Assembly: GCA_964629685.1 (NCBI GenBank)
Contig: CAZVTT010000001.1
Coordinates: forward strand, 769,319-833,318
Direction: 5' to 3'
Origin: an uncultured Gammaproteobacteria bacterium
Lineage (GTDB): Bacteria > Patescibacteriota > Microgenomatia > UBA10105 > UBA927
Length of the DNA stretch: 64,000 bases
Shown here: positions 10,314 to 19,766 of the stretch, piece after piece
Numbering within the stretch: position 1 is the stretch's first letter
Layout: each line of letters begins with the position of its first letter
Position numbers and translations under genes: made by a program
Notes under the pieces: generated by a model
Told to the model about the DNA's origin: nothing
The model's input: the letters and a program-made list of their open reading frames with translations, nothing else
Databases searched by the model: none

Positions 10314-11961
10314 GGTGAAGGGAATGTGAACGTTTTTTCATAAATATATAGATGAATGGTAATATGACGATGCTCGATATTGATATGACATCACTTACTG
10401 CCCGTATTTTACTTTCACCAAATGTTATCTCCACATGATGTGTTCCTGCGGGAACTGCGAAGGTAATTTCTCCGCGCCAATTCTGATCCTGGAACTCAAT
10501 AGGCGTTACTTGTCCGTCAATTTTAACCCGCCAACCGGGAAAGTATTGAGTGTGACTTACCAACCTGGCATCGCCATCGGCAGTCACCGTGAATTGCTGG
10601 AGTTGTGTCTTTTGGGAAAAATAGGAAATTCCGGCTTTTCCGGCAATGACTTCAATTCGTTCCGGGGGGTATCCTTTGGCCGGGCCGGCAGACCAAATGA
10701 CGTCAGTTTCGCCGAAGTACGTAGTATTTAACGGATAGTTCCAGAAATCCGACTCGTTAACCCTGTCATATCCCTGTGTCGGTTGCCAGTAAAAAACTGT
10801 TGCCAGAACCGTAATTCCTAAAATGCCGAATAGTACTTTCTGTTTATGCATGCGGGGAAAATGAAACAGTAACGGACTCAAAAACGCGGTGGTGAATGTA
10901 AGTACAGCCAAAAGTCTCCAGGGAAATTGAAACTGCCTGAGCCAGCTAATATTTTGCCAGACCGGAATGGTAATGGGATGCATAAACAGCAATGCGGTCA
11001 ATGTAGGTATCAGGGAAAAAAGCAGAATTTTTTTTGTGAACCGATCCAGCTTTTTGAATTTGGTTAATAGAAACAAACCTATCATCAGTATAAACGTGTG
11101 AAATAAGCCGATGTGTACTGAGATCTCCGAAACCCGTAAGGATTTGTCATCAAATAAATTGGGAATAAAGAAATTTATAAAGCGTGGGAAATTTACTTTA
11201 AATAAATCTTTCATAAATAAATCGCCGTAGGTGTATTTGTGTTCTGCAAGTGCCGGTATCCAATACCAGGCGGCCATACATAGTCCGAGACTTAACGATA
11301 ACGCACCGGCAGCGGTATGCTTTTTTGAAGGGCTGAAAAGGAGCAGCCACCAAATGCAAAGTGCGAAAAAAACCAGAGCCAGGGAATTGTGGGAAATAAT
11401 CATAAATGCGGTGGCTAAAGCGGTTATGAGTACGGCGCTAAATTCAATTTTTTTCGTGAGTTTCGTGAGTCCGTACAAAATTAACGGAAAAAACGTATAC
11501 GCATATATCCCGCCGATGCTTCCCCGTACCAGAATTTCTATGAGTCTGTACGGGGCAAATTGGTAAAAAACGGTAAGTATAAGCGCTTTCCGGTTGTCCT
11601 CGTAAAAAGCCTTCCCGAACAGAAACATAAAAATTCCCGCTCCGAGGAAACTCAATGCCAACAGTATTTTAAAAGCGGTTACGAGAGGCACCCCGACAGC
11701 TATGAGCGGTGCCGCGATTAAAAATGCGGTATGGTATATGAATACAAAAAGCGGCATTCCGTATCCATAATTTAGCTCTCCCGCCCATCTGACTGGAATA
11801 TGCAAGTCAGCCAGCGCTTTATAATAAGCCGCCATTCTCGGAATCTGAACGCCGCCGTCACTGGTATGCGGGAGCAGGGGATTTAAAAAAATGCCTATAA
11901 ACGGTAAAAGAGAGAGAATAATAATGAGTAAATAGTAACGGCTATTGTGGAGACGATTCAT
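10303..11961 (-). CDS. YfhO/PTPS-related-type polytopic membrane protein, paralog B
   Basis: HTSDGGVQIPRMAAY...IPVRWAGELNYGYGMPLFVFIY and C-terminal YFPGWRVKIDGQVTPIEFQDQNWRGEITFAVPAGTHHVEITFGES. Confidence 0.6.
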   Translation of the reverse strand: MNRLHNSRYYLLIIILSLLPFIGIFLNPLLPHTSDGGVQIPRMAAYYKALADLHIPVRWAGELNYGYGMPLFVFIYHTAFLIAAPLIAVGVPLVTAFKILLALSFLGAGIFMFLFGKAFYEDNRKALILTVFYQFAPYRLIEILVRGSIGGIYAYTFFPLILYGLTKLTKKIEFSAVLITALATAFMIISHNSLALVFFALCIWWLLLFSPSKKHTAAGALSLSLGLCMAAWYWIPALAEHKYTYGDLFMKDLFKVNFPRFINFFIPNLFDDKSLRVSEISVHIGLFHTFILMIGLFLLTKFKKLDRFTKKILLFSLIPTLTALLFMHPITIPVWQNISWLRQFQFPWRLLAVLTFTTAFLSPLLFHFPRMHKQKVLFGILGITVLATVFYWQPTQGYDRVNESDFWNYPLNTTYFGETDVIWSAGPAKGYPPERIEVIAGKAGISYFSQKTQLQQFTVTADGDARLVSHTQYFPGWRVKIDGQVTPIEFQDQNWRGEITFAVPAGTHHVEITFGESKIRAVSDVISISSIVILPFIYIFMKKRSHSLHHAA

Positions 11962-12024
11962 GTGGTATAAATTTGGATTTTGCTTCCGTGTGCGTATAGC
12001 CGTATTATAACAGAGGTGTTACAC

Positions 12025-13554
12025 ATGACAGGCACGCAAATTATCAACGGGATAAAGAGAAACTGGATACTGCTTACAATCCTATCCATAGCTACATTTT
12101 TGCGTTTATGGCATATCGGTCGGGCTATGGAGTTCCTCGGTGATCAGGGAAGTGCCGCGGTCGTTATCCTGGACGCCTGGCAACAGAAAATACTTCCTTT
12201 GGTGGGACCAACTGTAAGTTTGGGTATCCGGCCTGGACCGCTTTACTACTATCTTATTGCACCGTGGTTAATCCTTTCAGGATTTAATCCCATTTTCGTA
12301 TCCGTGTTCTTCGCTGCCGTAGGCGTATTAACCGTTTGGTTACTGTATCTAGTCTGCAAAAGATTATGCGGCAGGGATGTGGGTCTTATTGTTGCCGGAC
12401 TCTATGCGATCTCCCCTGCGATTGTGACCGCCAGCCGGATGATGTGGAATCCAACCGCCATACCGTTTTTTGTTGCGTTAATGATCTATACGGTGCTGAA
12501 ACAGCGGGATACCCAGCAATACCGGTACGCTGTGCTAACCGGATTAATGGCCGGCTGTTTGGTCCAATTACATTACACGACCTTGATTGTAAGCGGGTGC
12601 CTTGTCATAGCACAGGTATTTCTCTGGAAGAGCATTCATAAACGTATTCGGATAAAACATATTGTATATGGCATCGGATTATGGGGGTTTGGTTTTTTGC
12701 TATCGCTTTTTCCGTTTCTTTACTCCGAGTGGATAAATAATTTCCCCAATATTCGGGAATTGTTATTAATGGGGCTGGGTGAGGGTAGTCCGGTATCCGA
12801 CTCGTTGCGTTCTGAGCCTGCGGTAGCATACGGATTTTCCCTGGAACTGTTCCGTAACGTTATTCCTTTCCTGCGGAATGTACCGGTATGGCTGTTGCAG
12901 GTCGTATTTTTAGCCATTGCCGTGATGCGTGGTAGTCGCTGGGGTAAGATTTTTGCGTGTGTCTATATCGTGGGGATATTGGCTATGTCCAGATATAGTG
13001 GACCCATGTTCAGTCACTATTTTTATTTTTTGTTACCAATTCCGTTTATAATCGCTGGCTTTGTTTTTTCTGAGGTCGGTTCCCGTTTCGGAAAAACTAC
13101 GCTCTGGTCTGTAGGAGTATTGCTGCTTGTTTGGTTGGGTATAGGAAATTTGCGTCCACACCAGTATCCTGACGATATTGTCCGTACATCCGAAAGTACA
13201 CAGCGGATGATATCAGCGGCTGCAAATAGACCCTTTTCTTTTACCCTAACGAAAAGTCGTTCTTTTTCCGATTTTCATTATCGGTTTTATTTCCGATTGT
13301 TTAAGGTAAGTCCGGTTCATATTACGGATAAAAGTTATCCGATATTGTTTCTCGTGTGCGAGCAATTACCGTGTCCGACTCATGAGGAACTTGAAAGACC
13401 CCGAATACTTAATACTATGTGCTCTGATCATCATTGCAGCGGGAGATATCCGGAGATATTTTTTGATGATTGGGAATATACCAGTACGCTAAACGGTCCC
13501 ATGTACACTATTTATCAATATCAACGCGTAAAGCCCGTGTCATCGGGCGGGTAA
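12025..13554 (+). CDS. Polytopic membrane protein, ArnT/PMT-like GT-C fold candidate; the ORF track starts at 11980, but ATG 12025 (MTGTQ...) has AGGTG 7 nt upstream
   Basis: About 11 TM helices with LRLWHIGRAMEFLGDQGSAAV in the first loop, comparable to the GT39/GT83 first-loop acidic motif. Soluble C-terminal ~120 aa. Confidence 0.45.
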   Translation: MTGTQIINGIKRNWILLTILSIATFLRLWHIGRAMEFLGDQGSAAVVILDAWQQKILPLVGPTVSLGIRPGPLYYYLIAPWLILSGFNPIFVSVFFAAVGVLTVWLLYLVCKRLCGRDVGLIVAGLYAISPAIVTASRMMWNPTAIPFFVALMIYTVLKQRDTQQYRYAVLTGLMAGCLVQLHYTTLIVSGCLVIAQVFLWKSIHKRIRIKHIVYGIGLWGFGFLLSLFPFLYSEWINNFPNIRELLLMGLGEGSPVSDSLRSEPAVAYGFSLELFRNVIPFLRNVPVWLLQVVFLAIAVMRGSRWGKIFACVYIVGILAMSRYSGPMFSHYFYFLLPIPFIIAGFVFSEVGSRFGKTTLWSVGVLLLVWLGIGNLRPHQYPDDIVRTSESTQRMISAAANRPFSFTLTKSRSFSDFHYRFYFRLFKVSPVHITDKSYPILFLVCEQLPCPTHEELERPRILNTMCSDHHCSGRYPEIFFDDWEYTSTLNGPMYTIYQYQRVKPVSSGG

Positions 13555-13575
13555 GTTTAGTACAATATAACTGCT

Positions 13576-14847
13576 ATGGAGCATCTTTTTGCGCTCAATG
13601 CTATCCTTTTATTTGCTTTGGGATTTCCCCTGGTTATGAAATACAGGATTCTTCCCGTTGAGGGAACTCCATACTGGCTATTTGGTGTTTTGTTTGTACT
13701 GTGGGTGGGTAATTGTGCGTTGGCGTTTTTCCGAAAACAAATTGAAAAAAAATTACCCGTTCAAAGTATCAGGAATGTTATTTTGGTCGTTAGTTTGACT
13801 TTAGTTATCGGTGGAATCACGTGGACATCAATAGCGGATAGGCACAGAGTTGCTCCCGTTTGGGGTGTACACGATATTATTTTGCAGCAGGAAGCTGCCA
13901 TGCGCTATCTGGTTACGGGGAAGAATCCGTATAAAGAAACCTATTTCGGTACGCCGGTCGAAAGTTTTAAATATGACGAGATGGGTGAAGCTGCCGTAAA
14001 TCCTGCACTATATCATTTTGTCATGCCGCCGTGGTATTTACTTTTCCCCTTTAGTGTTTACGTTCCTGCTAACCGGTTATTCGGCTACTTCGACGGAAGA
14101 ATGGTATCTTTGCTGTGTCTCTTGGGTACACTCTATATCTTGTGGCGTTGGTTCCATACCCGTGAATTGGGTGTACTTGCAATTATCTTGACCGCGTTAT
14201 CTCCCGGCATAGTGGAGTATTTTATTGAAGGCCGCAGTGATGCGTTTGCATTGTTCTGGATGCTGTTGGCATTTTTTCTGTTGGATAGCAAACGGTATAT
14301 TTCATCGGCAATCGTGTTCGGACTGGCATTTTTAAGTAAGCAAACCATCTGGTTTGCGACCCCCATTTTTTTTGTTTTACTGTGGTTAAAAAGTAATTCC
14401 CGTAAAACGGTTATTCGCTCCGTTATTGCTACCGGAATAGTTGTGTTAGCATTAGTGACGCCGTTTTTGCTTTGGGATGCGGAGGCTTTTTTCGCGAGTA
14501 CGGTATTTTATTTAAGCGGCAGTGCGAATTTAGCAACCAGTTATCCCGTATCAGGTTACGGGTTCGGAATGCTTTTGCACTCGTTGGGTTTTATCCGTTC
14601 AATACATGATTATTATCCATTTACTATCTGGCAGATACTCTGCGGGCTCCCCGTTCTCGGATTTGGCATATGGCGGCTCAAAAAACAACCCAAAGTATCA
14701 ACCGCGCTATTTGTATACGGATTATTTCTCTGTATCGTTTGGTATTTCAGCCGGTATTTTAACAACAGCCACGTCGGAGTTGTTGCACAACTCTTAGGCT
14801 TGGCACTGCTAAAACAGGCAGATGAGTATCGGGAGAATGCGACATGA
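13576..14847 (+). CDS. Integral membrane protein, possibly DUF2029/GT87-like mannosyltransferase family
   Basis: 423 aa and hydrophobic throughout (about 10 TM). No soluble domain. Lies upstream of the GT39 triplet. The family call is tentative. Confidence 0.4.
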   Translation: MEHLFALNAILLFALGFPLVMKYRILPVEGTPYWLFGVLFVLWVGNCALAFFRKQIEKKLPVQSIRNVILVVSLTLVIGGITWTSIADRHRVAPVWGVHDIILQQEAAMRYLVTGKNPYKETYFGTPVESFKYDEMGEAAVNPALYHFVMPPWYLLFPFSVYVPANRLFGYFDGRMVSLLCLLGTLYILWRWFHTRELGVLAIILTALSPGIVEYFIEGRSDAFALFWMLLAFFLLDSKRYISSAIVFGLAFLSKQTIWFATPIFFVLLWLKSNSRKTVIRSVIATGIVVLALVTPFLLWDAEAFFASTVFYLSGSANLATSYPVSGYGFGMLLHSLGFIRSIHDYYPFTIWQILCGLPVLGFGIWRLKKQPKVSTALFVYGLFLCIVWYFSRYFNNSHVGVVAQLLGLALLKQADEYRENAT

Positions 14848-16457
14848 AACGACGATTCCTGCTGATTTGGTTCGTGTTAGTGCTCGTTGCCGCAATATTG
14901 CGGATCTATGGGATCTCGCAGAATCCTCCGGGATTATCCTGGGATGAAGTCTCAATCGGGTACAACGCATATAGTATTCTTAAGACAGGCGCTGATGAGC
15001 ACGGGAAAATATTACCACTGGACACCTTTGTAGCGTACGGAGATTATAAACCGCCGCTATCTATCTATATTACCGTTCCGTTCGTATCTGTATTTGGATT
15101 AAACGCATTGGCTGTCCGTTTACCGTCGGCGCTGTTCGGTATTGCATTAGTCGTGCTTATATTTCCGTTAGTAAAACAACTGTACTCAGATAAAACGCAG
15201 GCAGAGTATTTAGGTCTGATCGCGACCGGTGTGATGGCTTTTTCGCCATGGCATATTAATTTATCCAGGGCGGGCTTTGAGGCTAACATTGCCACAACAC
15301 TGGTGGCCTTTGGTGTTTATGCTATCCTGCGTGCCCGCTCAGCCATTTTCTGGCGATACTGGTGTTGGATACCGTTTGTATTGGCCATGTATACCTTTAA
15401 CAGCGCCCGTTATTTGGTTCCGCTTTTGGGTGTTGTATTGCTCTATCCGCTTCGGCTGGAGATAGTAAAATCCAAAAAAAATTGGTTAGTGGGAATGGTT
15501 TTGGCATTTGTTTTTTTAGTTCCGCTTATACCTCACCTGTTATCGCCTCAGGCACGATTGAGGTTTACGGAGGTGAATATTTTTTCGGATAGTTCCGTCG
15601 TTATCACGGCAAATGAACGGATTGCTGCAGACGGGAATTCAATATTCAGTTCTATCCTGAATAACAGAAGGATCGGATATGCCAGAAGTTATCTAACACA
15701 TTTTTTTGATCACTTTGAACCTTGGTTTTTATTTATCCGCGGTGATGGTAATCCAAAATTTTCCATTCAGGATGTGGGTCAGCTCTATATGGTGGAAGCC
15801 CCCTTTCTGATAGTCGGTTTGTTCTGGTGGATACTTCACGCCAGAAAGAGCGGAATATTGTTGCTGACATGGCTACTGCTGGCCATTATTCCTGCTGCAA
15901 CAGCTCGTGAAACTCCCCATGCTTTACGGATAGAAAATTCTTTACCCGTCTGGCAGTTATTTATTGCAGGAGGAGTTCTTTCGGTATGGGTGTCCGTACG
16001 TCAGCGTATCCGCCGTAACATCGTAATCCTACTTTGCCTGGGACTTTGGTTCGGGAATATTATTTTTTACATACATAACTATTACCAACACTACCCGCGG
16101 CAATATTCAGGGGAGTGGCAATACGGGTATAAGGAAGCACTCCAAAATGCTTTTCCGCTGGTATCGTCATATAAACACGTAGTGATTTCCGAGCGGATAG
16201 GCAGGGCATATATGTACGTATTGTTTTATTCTCAATTTGATCCGCGGAAGTTTATTGCTGATAAAGAATCATTTTTTGATGCGGCGGGTTTTTATAACGT
16301 GGTTAGGTTTGATAAATACCGTTTTGTAAAAGAAGCTCCGGCATTTGAACCGGATACGCTTTACATACTGCCTCCTGATCAGGTTCCGTCGGGAGCACAC
16401 GTGTTAACTACCGTTAGGCTATTAAACGGCAACCCTGTTTTAGTCCTGTTTGATTAA
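14844..16457 (+). CDS. GT39/PMT_2-like GT-C membrane glycosyltransferase, paralog 3
   Basis: LSWDEVSIGYNAYSILKTGADEHGKILPL motif; polytopic; ATGA overlap with the upstream gene. Confidence 0.7.
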   Translation: MKRRFLLIWFVLVLVAAILRIYGISQNPPGLSWDEVSIGYNAYSILKTGADEHGKILPLDTFVAYGDYKPPLSIYITVPFVSVFGLNALAVRLPSALFGIALVVLIFPLVKQLYSDKTQAEYLGLIATGVMAFSPWHINLSRAGFEANIATTLVAFGVYAILRARSAIFWRYWCWIPFVLAMYTFNSARYLVPLLGVVLLYPLRLEIVKSKKNWLVGMVLAFVFLVPLIPHLLSPQARLRFTEVNIFSDSSVVITANERIAADGNSIFSSILNNRRIGYARSYLTHFFDHFEPWFLFIRGDGNPKFSIQDVGQLYMVEAPFLIVGLFWWILHARKSGILLLTWLLLAIIPAATARETPHALRIENSLPVWQLFIAGGVLSVWVSVRQRIRRNIVILLCLGLWFGNIIFYIHNYYQHYPRQYSGEWQYGYKEALQNAFPLVSSYKHVVISERIGRAYMYVLFYSQFDPRKFIADKESFFDAAGFYNVVRFDKYRFVKEAPAFEPDTLYILPPDQVPSGAHVLTTVRLLNGNPVLVLFD

Positions 16458-18102
16458 TATGAAAACATTTTTAACTAAAAATCGGTTAATTCTGGGAATT
16501 TTATGTATAGGTTTTATGCTAAGGATTTGGCAACTGGGATCAGTTCCGCCCAGCCCGGATTGGGATGAAGCTGCCTTAGGATATAACGCGTATTCAATAC
16601 TAAAAACCGGAAGAGATGAATACGGTATCTGGTTTCCGCGTACGTTGCGTTCGTTTGATGATTATAAACCACCGCTCTATATGTACCTGACGATACCGTC
16701 GGTAGCTATTTTCGGTCTGGATACTTGGACTGTACGGTTGCCGTCCGTGGTGATGGGAATGTTCGCAATTTGGGGAGTCTTTCTCATGACCGGAGAGTTG
16801 CTGCGGAGGACAAACGAAAAGAAAGAGTTTCGGGCCATGCCCTATCTGAGTGCATTGCTATTGGCAATCTCTCCTTGGCATATTCAATTTTCGCGAATAG
16901 CATTTGAAGCAAATACCGGCGTTACGTTAAATATTTTGGGAGTATATACGTTGTTGCGGGGATTTAGGTCGCCTCGTTGGTTATTGGGGAGTGCTGCTTT
17001 ATTTGCCTTAAGTCTCTACGCGTATCATAGCCAACGGATATTTGCACCGCTTCTGGTATTGTTACTCGGCGGCATTTTTTGGCATGAACTTCGTCGGGTT
17101 AACCTTAAGTTCATACTAGGTGCGTTTGTTGTTGGTATATTGGTCATAGCGCCCTTGATACCGGTTATTTTTGATACGACGGCCTTAACACGTTTACGCG
17201 GAACCAGTTCACTTTCCGATCAGACCAGATTATTGGCAAATAGTGTAGAAAAATTGGACGCAGATCAGAAAGCCGGTAATAGAATCGGATTGTTGCTCGA
17301 TAACAGACGTCTGGTATGGGCGCGAACATTGGCGGAAGGATATGTATCCCATTTTTCACTGCGTTGGTTATTTCTGACCGGAGATAATGCCAGGCATCAT
17401 GCTCCCGATAATGGTTTACTGTATCTTTGGGAATTGCCATTTCTATTCTTGGGAATGTTGTGGGTCTTTCATAAAGGGAAAATATTACGCTCTTTGCTTT
17501 TCGGTTGGTTGCTGCTTGCGCCGGTTGCCGCTTCACCGACAACGGAGTTACCTCATGCTATTAGGACATTGGTTTTTTTACCTGTATGGCAGATATTTAC
17601 GGCATTCGGAATCGTGTATGCCTGGCGTCGGATTCAAACATATCGTTCCCCAATAACTCGCGTTATGACGCTTGGCGTTGTAATCGCGATAGTATTTAAT
17701 CTTGTCTTTTATCTTTATATGTATTTCCGGCAGTTAAACAGGGAATATTCTCCTTATTGGCAGTATGGGTATAGGCAGGCTGTACTTTATACACAGCAGC
17801 ACTACGATGCGTATCAGAAAATAATCGTGTCTACGAAATTGGAACAACCTCACATGTTTTTCCTTTTTTACCTGAAATATGATCCCGTTTTATATCTGTC
17901 TAATGGGGGGACTAAGTCCGGGGGATTTGCAGAGGTCAGGAATGCATTCGGTAAGTACGAATTCAGACCGATTCATTGGGAGCAGGAGAAACGTGACGGG
18001 ACCGAATTATATATCGGTACACCGAATGAAATTAGCGGAAGCCGGCTGGAGACGATTTATTATCTGGACGGAAAAGAAGCGATAATTATTGCCGACCGTT
18101 AA
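16450..18102 (+). CDS. GT39/PMT_2-like GT-C membrane glycosyltransferase, paralog 4 (alternative start ATG 16459)
   Basis: PDWDEAALGYNAYSILKTGRDEYGIWFP motif. C-terminal soluble domain YLKYDPVLY...GGFAEVRNAFGKYEFRPIHW is shared with paralog 5. Confidence 0.7.
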   Translation: MINMKTFLTKNRLILGILCIGFMLRIWQLGSVPPSPDWDEAALGYNAYSILKTGRDEYGIWFPRTLRSFDDYKPPLYMYLTIPSVAIFGLDTWTVRLPSVVMGMFAIWGVFLMTGELLRRTNEKKEFRAMPYLSALLLAISPWHIQFSRIAFEANTGVTLNILGVYTLLRGFRSPRWLLGSAALFALSLYAYHSQRIFAPLLVLLLGGIFWHELRRVNLKFILGAFVVGILVIAPLIPVIFDTTALTRLRGTSSLSDQTRLLANSVEKLDADQKAGNRIGLLLDNRRLVWARTLAEGYVSHFSLRWLFLTGDNARHHAPDNGLLYLWELPFLFLGMLWVFHKGKILRSLLFGWLLLAPVAASPTTELPHAIRTLVFLPVWQIFTAFGIVYAWRRIQTYRSPITRVMTLGVVIAIVFNLVFYLYMYFRQLNREYSPYWQYGYRQAVLYTQQHYDAYQKIIVSTKLEQPHMFFLFYLKYDPVLYLSNGGTKSGGFAEVRNAFGKYEFRPIHWEQEKRDGTELYIGTPNEISGSRLETIYYLDGKEAIIIADR

Positions 18103-18107
18103 CCCTT

Positions 18108-19766
18108 ATGCAAAAACAGTTTTTCGCAGCGATACGGAAGCACGGTATTTGGATTGTACTTTTCTGTGCATTATTGCTGAGGCTGTATGCTATAGAACAC
18201 GTTCCTCCCAGTCCTTCTTTAGATGAGGTTTCGTTAGGGTATAATGCCTATTCCATTTTAAGGACCGGAATGGATGAGTTTGGTACCCGGTATCCCATCA
18301 TATTGCGGGCATATGACGATTTTCGTCCGGCCCTGTATGTCTACGCAGTAGCGCCGATGGTCGCTGTTTTCGGATTAACACCGTTAGCTGTACGGTTGCC
18401 CTCAGTTCTCTTGTCGTTAGCAAGTATTTGGGGATCATATATGATTGTTAAAACGTGGTTCTTGCTTTACTGGCAGCAGGTAAAGACAAAACGATTTGCA
18501 GAAGAAGCAGCATTGGGAACCGCCTTATTGCTGGCAATATCCCCGTGGCATATATATCTCTCCCGGTTGGGTCATGAAGTAAATTTAGGATTAGCATCCG
18601 TAATTATATCGATTCTGGTATTTTTCCGCGCCCTTAGTACGAAACGTTTTGGGTGGTTAATCCTTTCTGCTTGTACTTTCGGTTTAGCGTTCTATAGCTA
18701 TCAGAGTGAAAAAGTAGTTGTACCGTTGGTTCTTTTAGCATTGGGTATGTTGTTTCTTCGCGAATTGTGGAAGACTAAACGCACCGAATTAATCATTTCA
18801 TTGTTGGTAGGGTTTATTTTAGTAACGCCAATGACCGTACAATCCTTGAGCAAACAGGGAATGCTGCGATATACCGCCACATCCGCATTTACCGAGGGAA
18901 ATCCGATTTATGCACGGGATCGTCAGAATTTCGTGGCAGCAAAAACAAAGGGGAATATAGTGGGACAGTTACTTGCTTACCCGAAATTTTCATCACTAAA
19001 AATATTTTTGGGAAATTATTTTTCACATTTTAATATCGGCTGGTTATTTTTCGGTGGCCAACATGAAAGCCATAAGGTTCCGAACCTCGGATTACTGTAC
19101 GTATGGGAGTTTCCGTTTATCGTAATCGGTATATGGCTGTTCCTAAAATCACCCTTTCCGGGCAAATTAAAGTGGTTTGTAACAGTATGGTTTTTGTCTG
19201 CGGCAGTACCGGCAGCCATTACCACTCAGGCTCCTCACGCAATGCGTTCCTTGACGTTTCTGCCGTTATGGCAATTTTTTTCTGCTTACGCAGCGGCTTA
19301 TCTCATTGCGCGTATTCAATGGCCGGTGATTATCGGTTTAACGGTAGCGGTTATGGCAAGCATAATATCGTTTAATACAAATTATTTTCGCGTATTTCCC
19401 GTGACGCAGTCAGACTCGTTTCAATTCCCCTTGTCGCAAGCCCTGCCCGTTGTATTTGAACTGGAAGACGGGTATAAGCACATAGTGGTATCGAATGAAG
19501 ACGCGCTGTACCAGTCCTATATGTTTTATCTGTTTAACCGAAAGTATGATCCAAAAATGTATCTGAAAATGGGAGGTACCGTCAGTGGCGGATTTGCCGA
19601 AAAACATAGTATCGGAAAATACGAATTTAGGCCGTTACATCCGGGTGAAAAAATGGAGCCGGATGTCCTGTACGTTGGGAATCCGCAGGATTTTAACGGC
19701 GGAACAACCGTAAGGGAATTTACAAACTTAGCAGGACAAACGCGAGTGGTTGTGAAAACATTATGA
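18108..19766 (+). CDS. GT39/PMT_2-like GT-C membrane glycosyltransferase, paralog 5
   Basis: PSLDEVSLGYNAYSILRTGMDEFGTRYP motif. C-terminal YLKMGGTVSGGFAEKHSIGKYEFRPLHP matches paralog 4. Confidence 0.7.
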   Translation: MQKQFFAAIRKHGIWIVLFCALLLRLYAIEHVPPSPSLDEVSLGYNAYSILRTGMDEFGTRYPIILRAYDDFRPALYVYAVAPMVAVFGLTPLAVRLPSVLLSLASIWGSYMIVKTWFLLYWQQVKTKRFAEEAALGTALLLAISPWHIYLSRLGHEVNLGLASVIISILVFFRALSTKRFGWLILSACTFGLAFYSYQSEKVVVPLVLLALGMLFLRELWKTKRTELIISLLVGFILVTPMTVQSLSKQGMLRYTATSAFTEGNPIYARDRQNFVAAKTKGNIVGQLLAYPKFSSLKIFLGNYFSHFNIGWLFFGGQHESHKVPNLGLLYVWEFPFIVIGIWLFLKSPFPGKLKWFVTVWFLSAAVPAAITTQAPHAMRSLTFLPLWQFFSAYAAAYLIARIQWPVIIGLTVAVMASIISFNTNYFRVFPVTQSDSFQFPLSQALPVVFELEDGYKHIVVSNEDALYQSYMFYLFNRKYDPKMYLKMGGTVSGGFAEKHSIGKYEFRPLHPGEKMEPDVLYVGNPQDFNGGTTVREFTNLAGQTRVVVKTL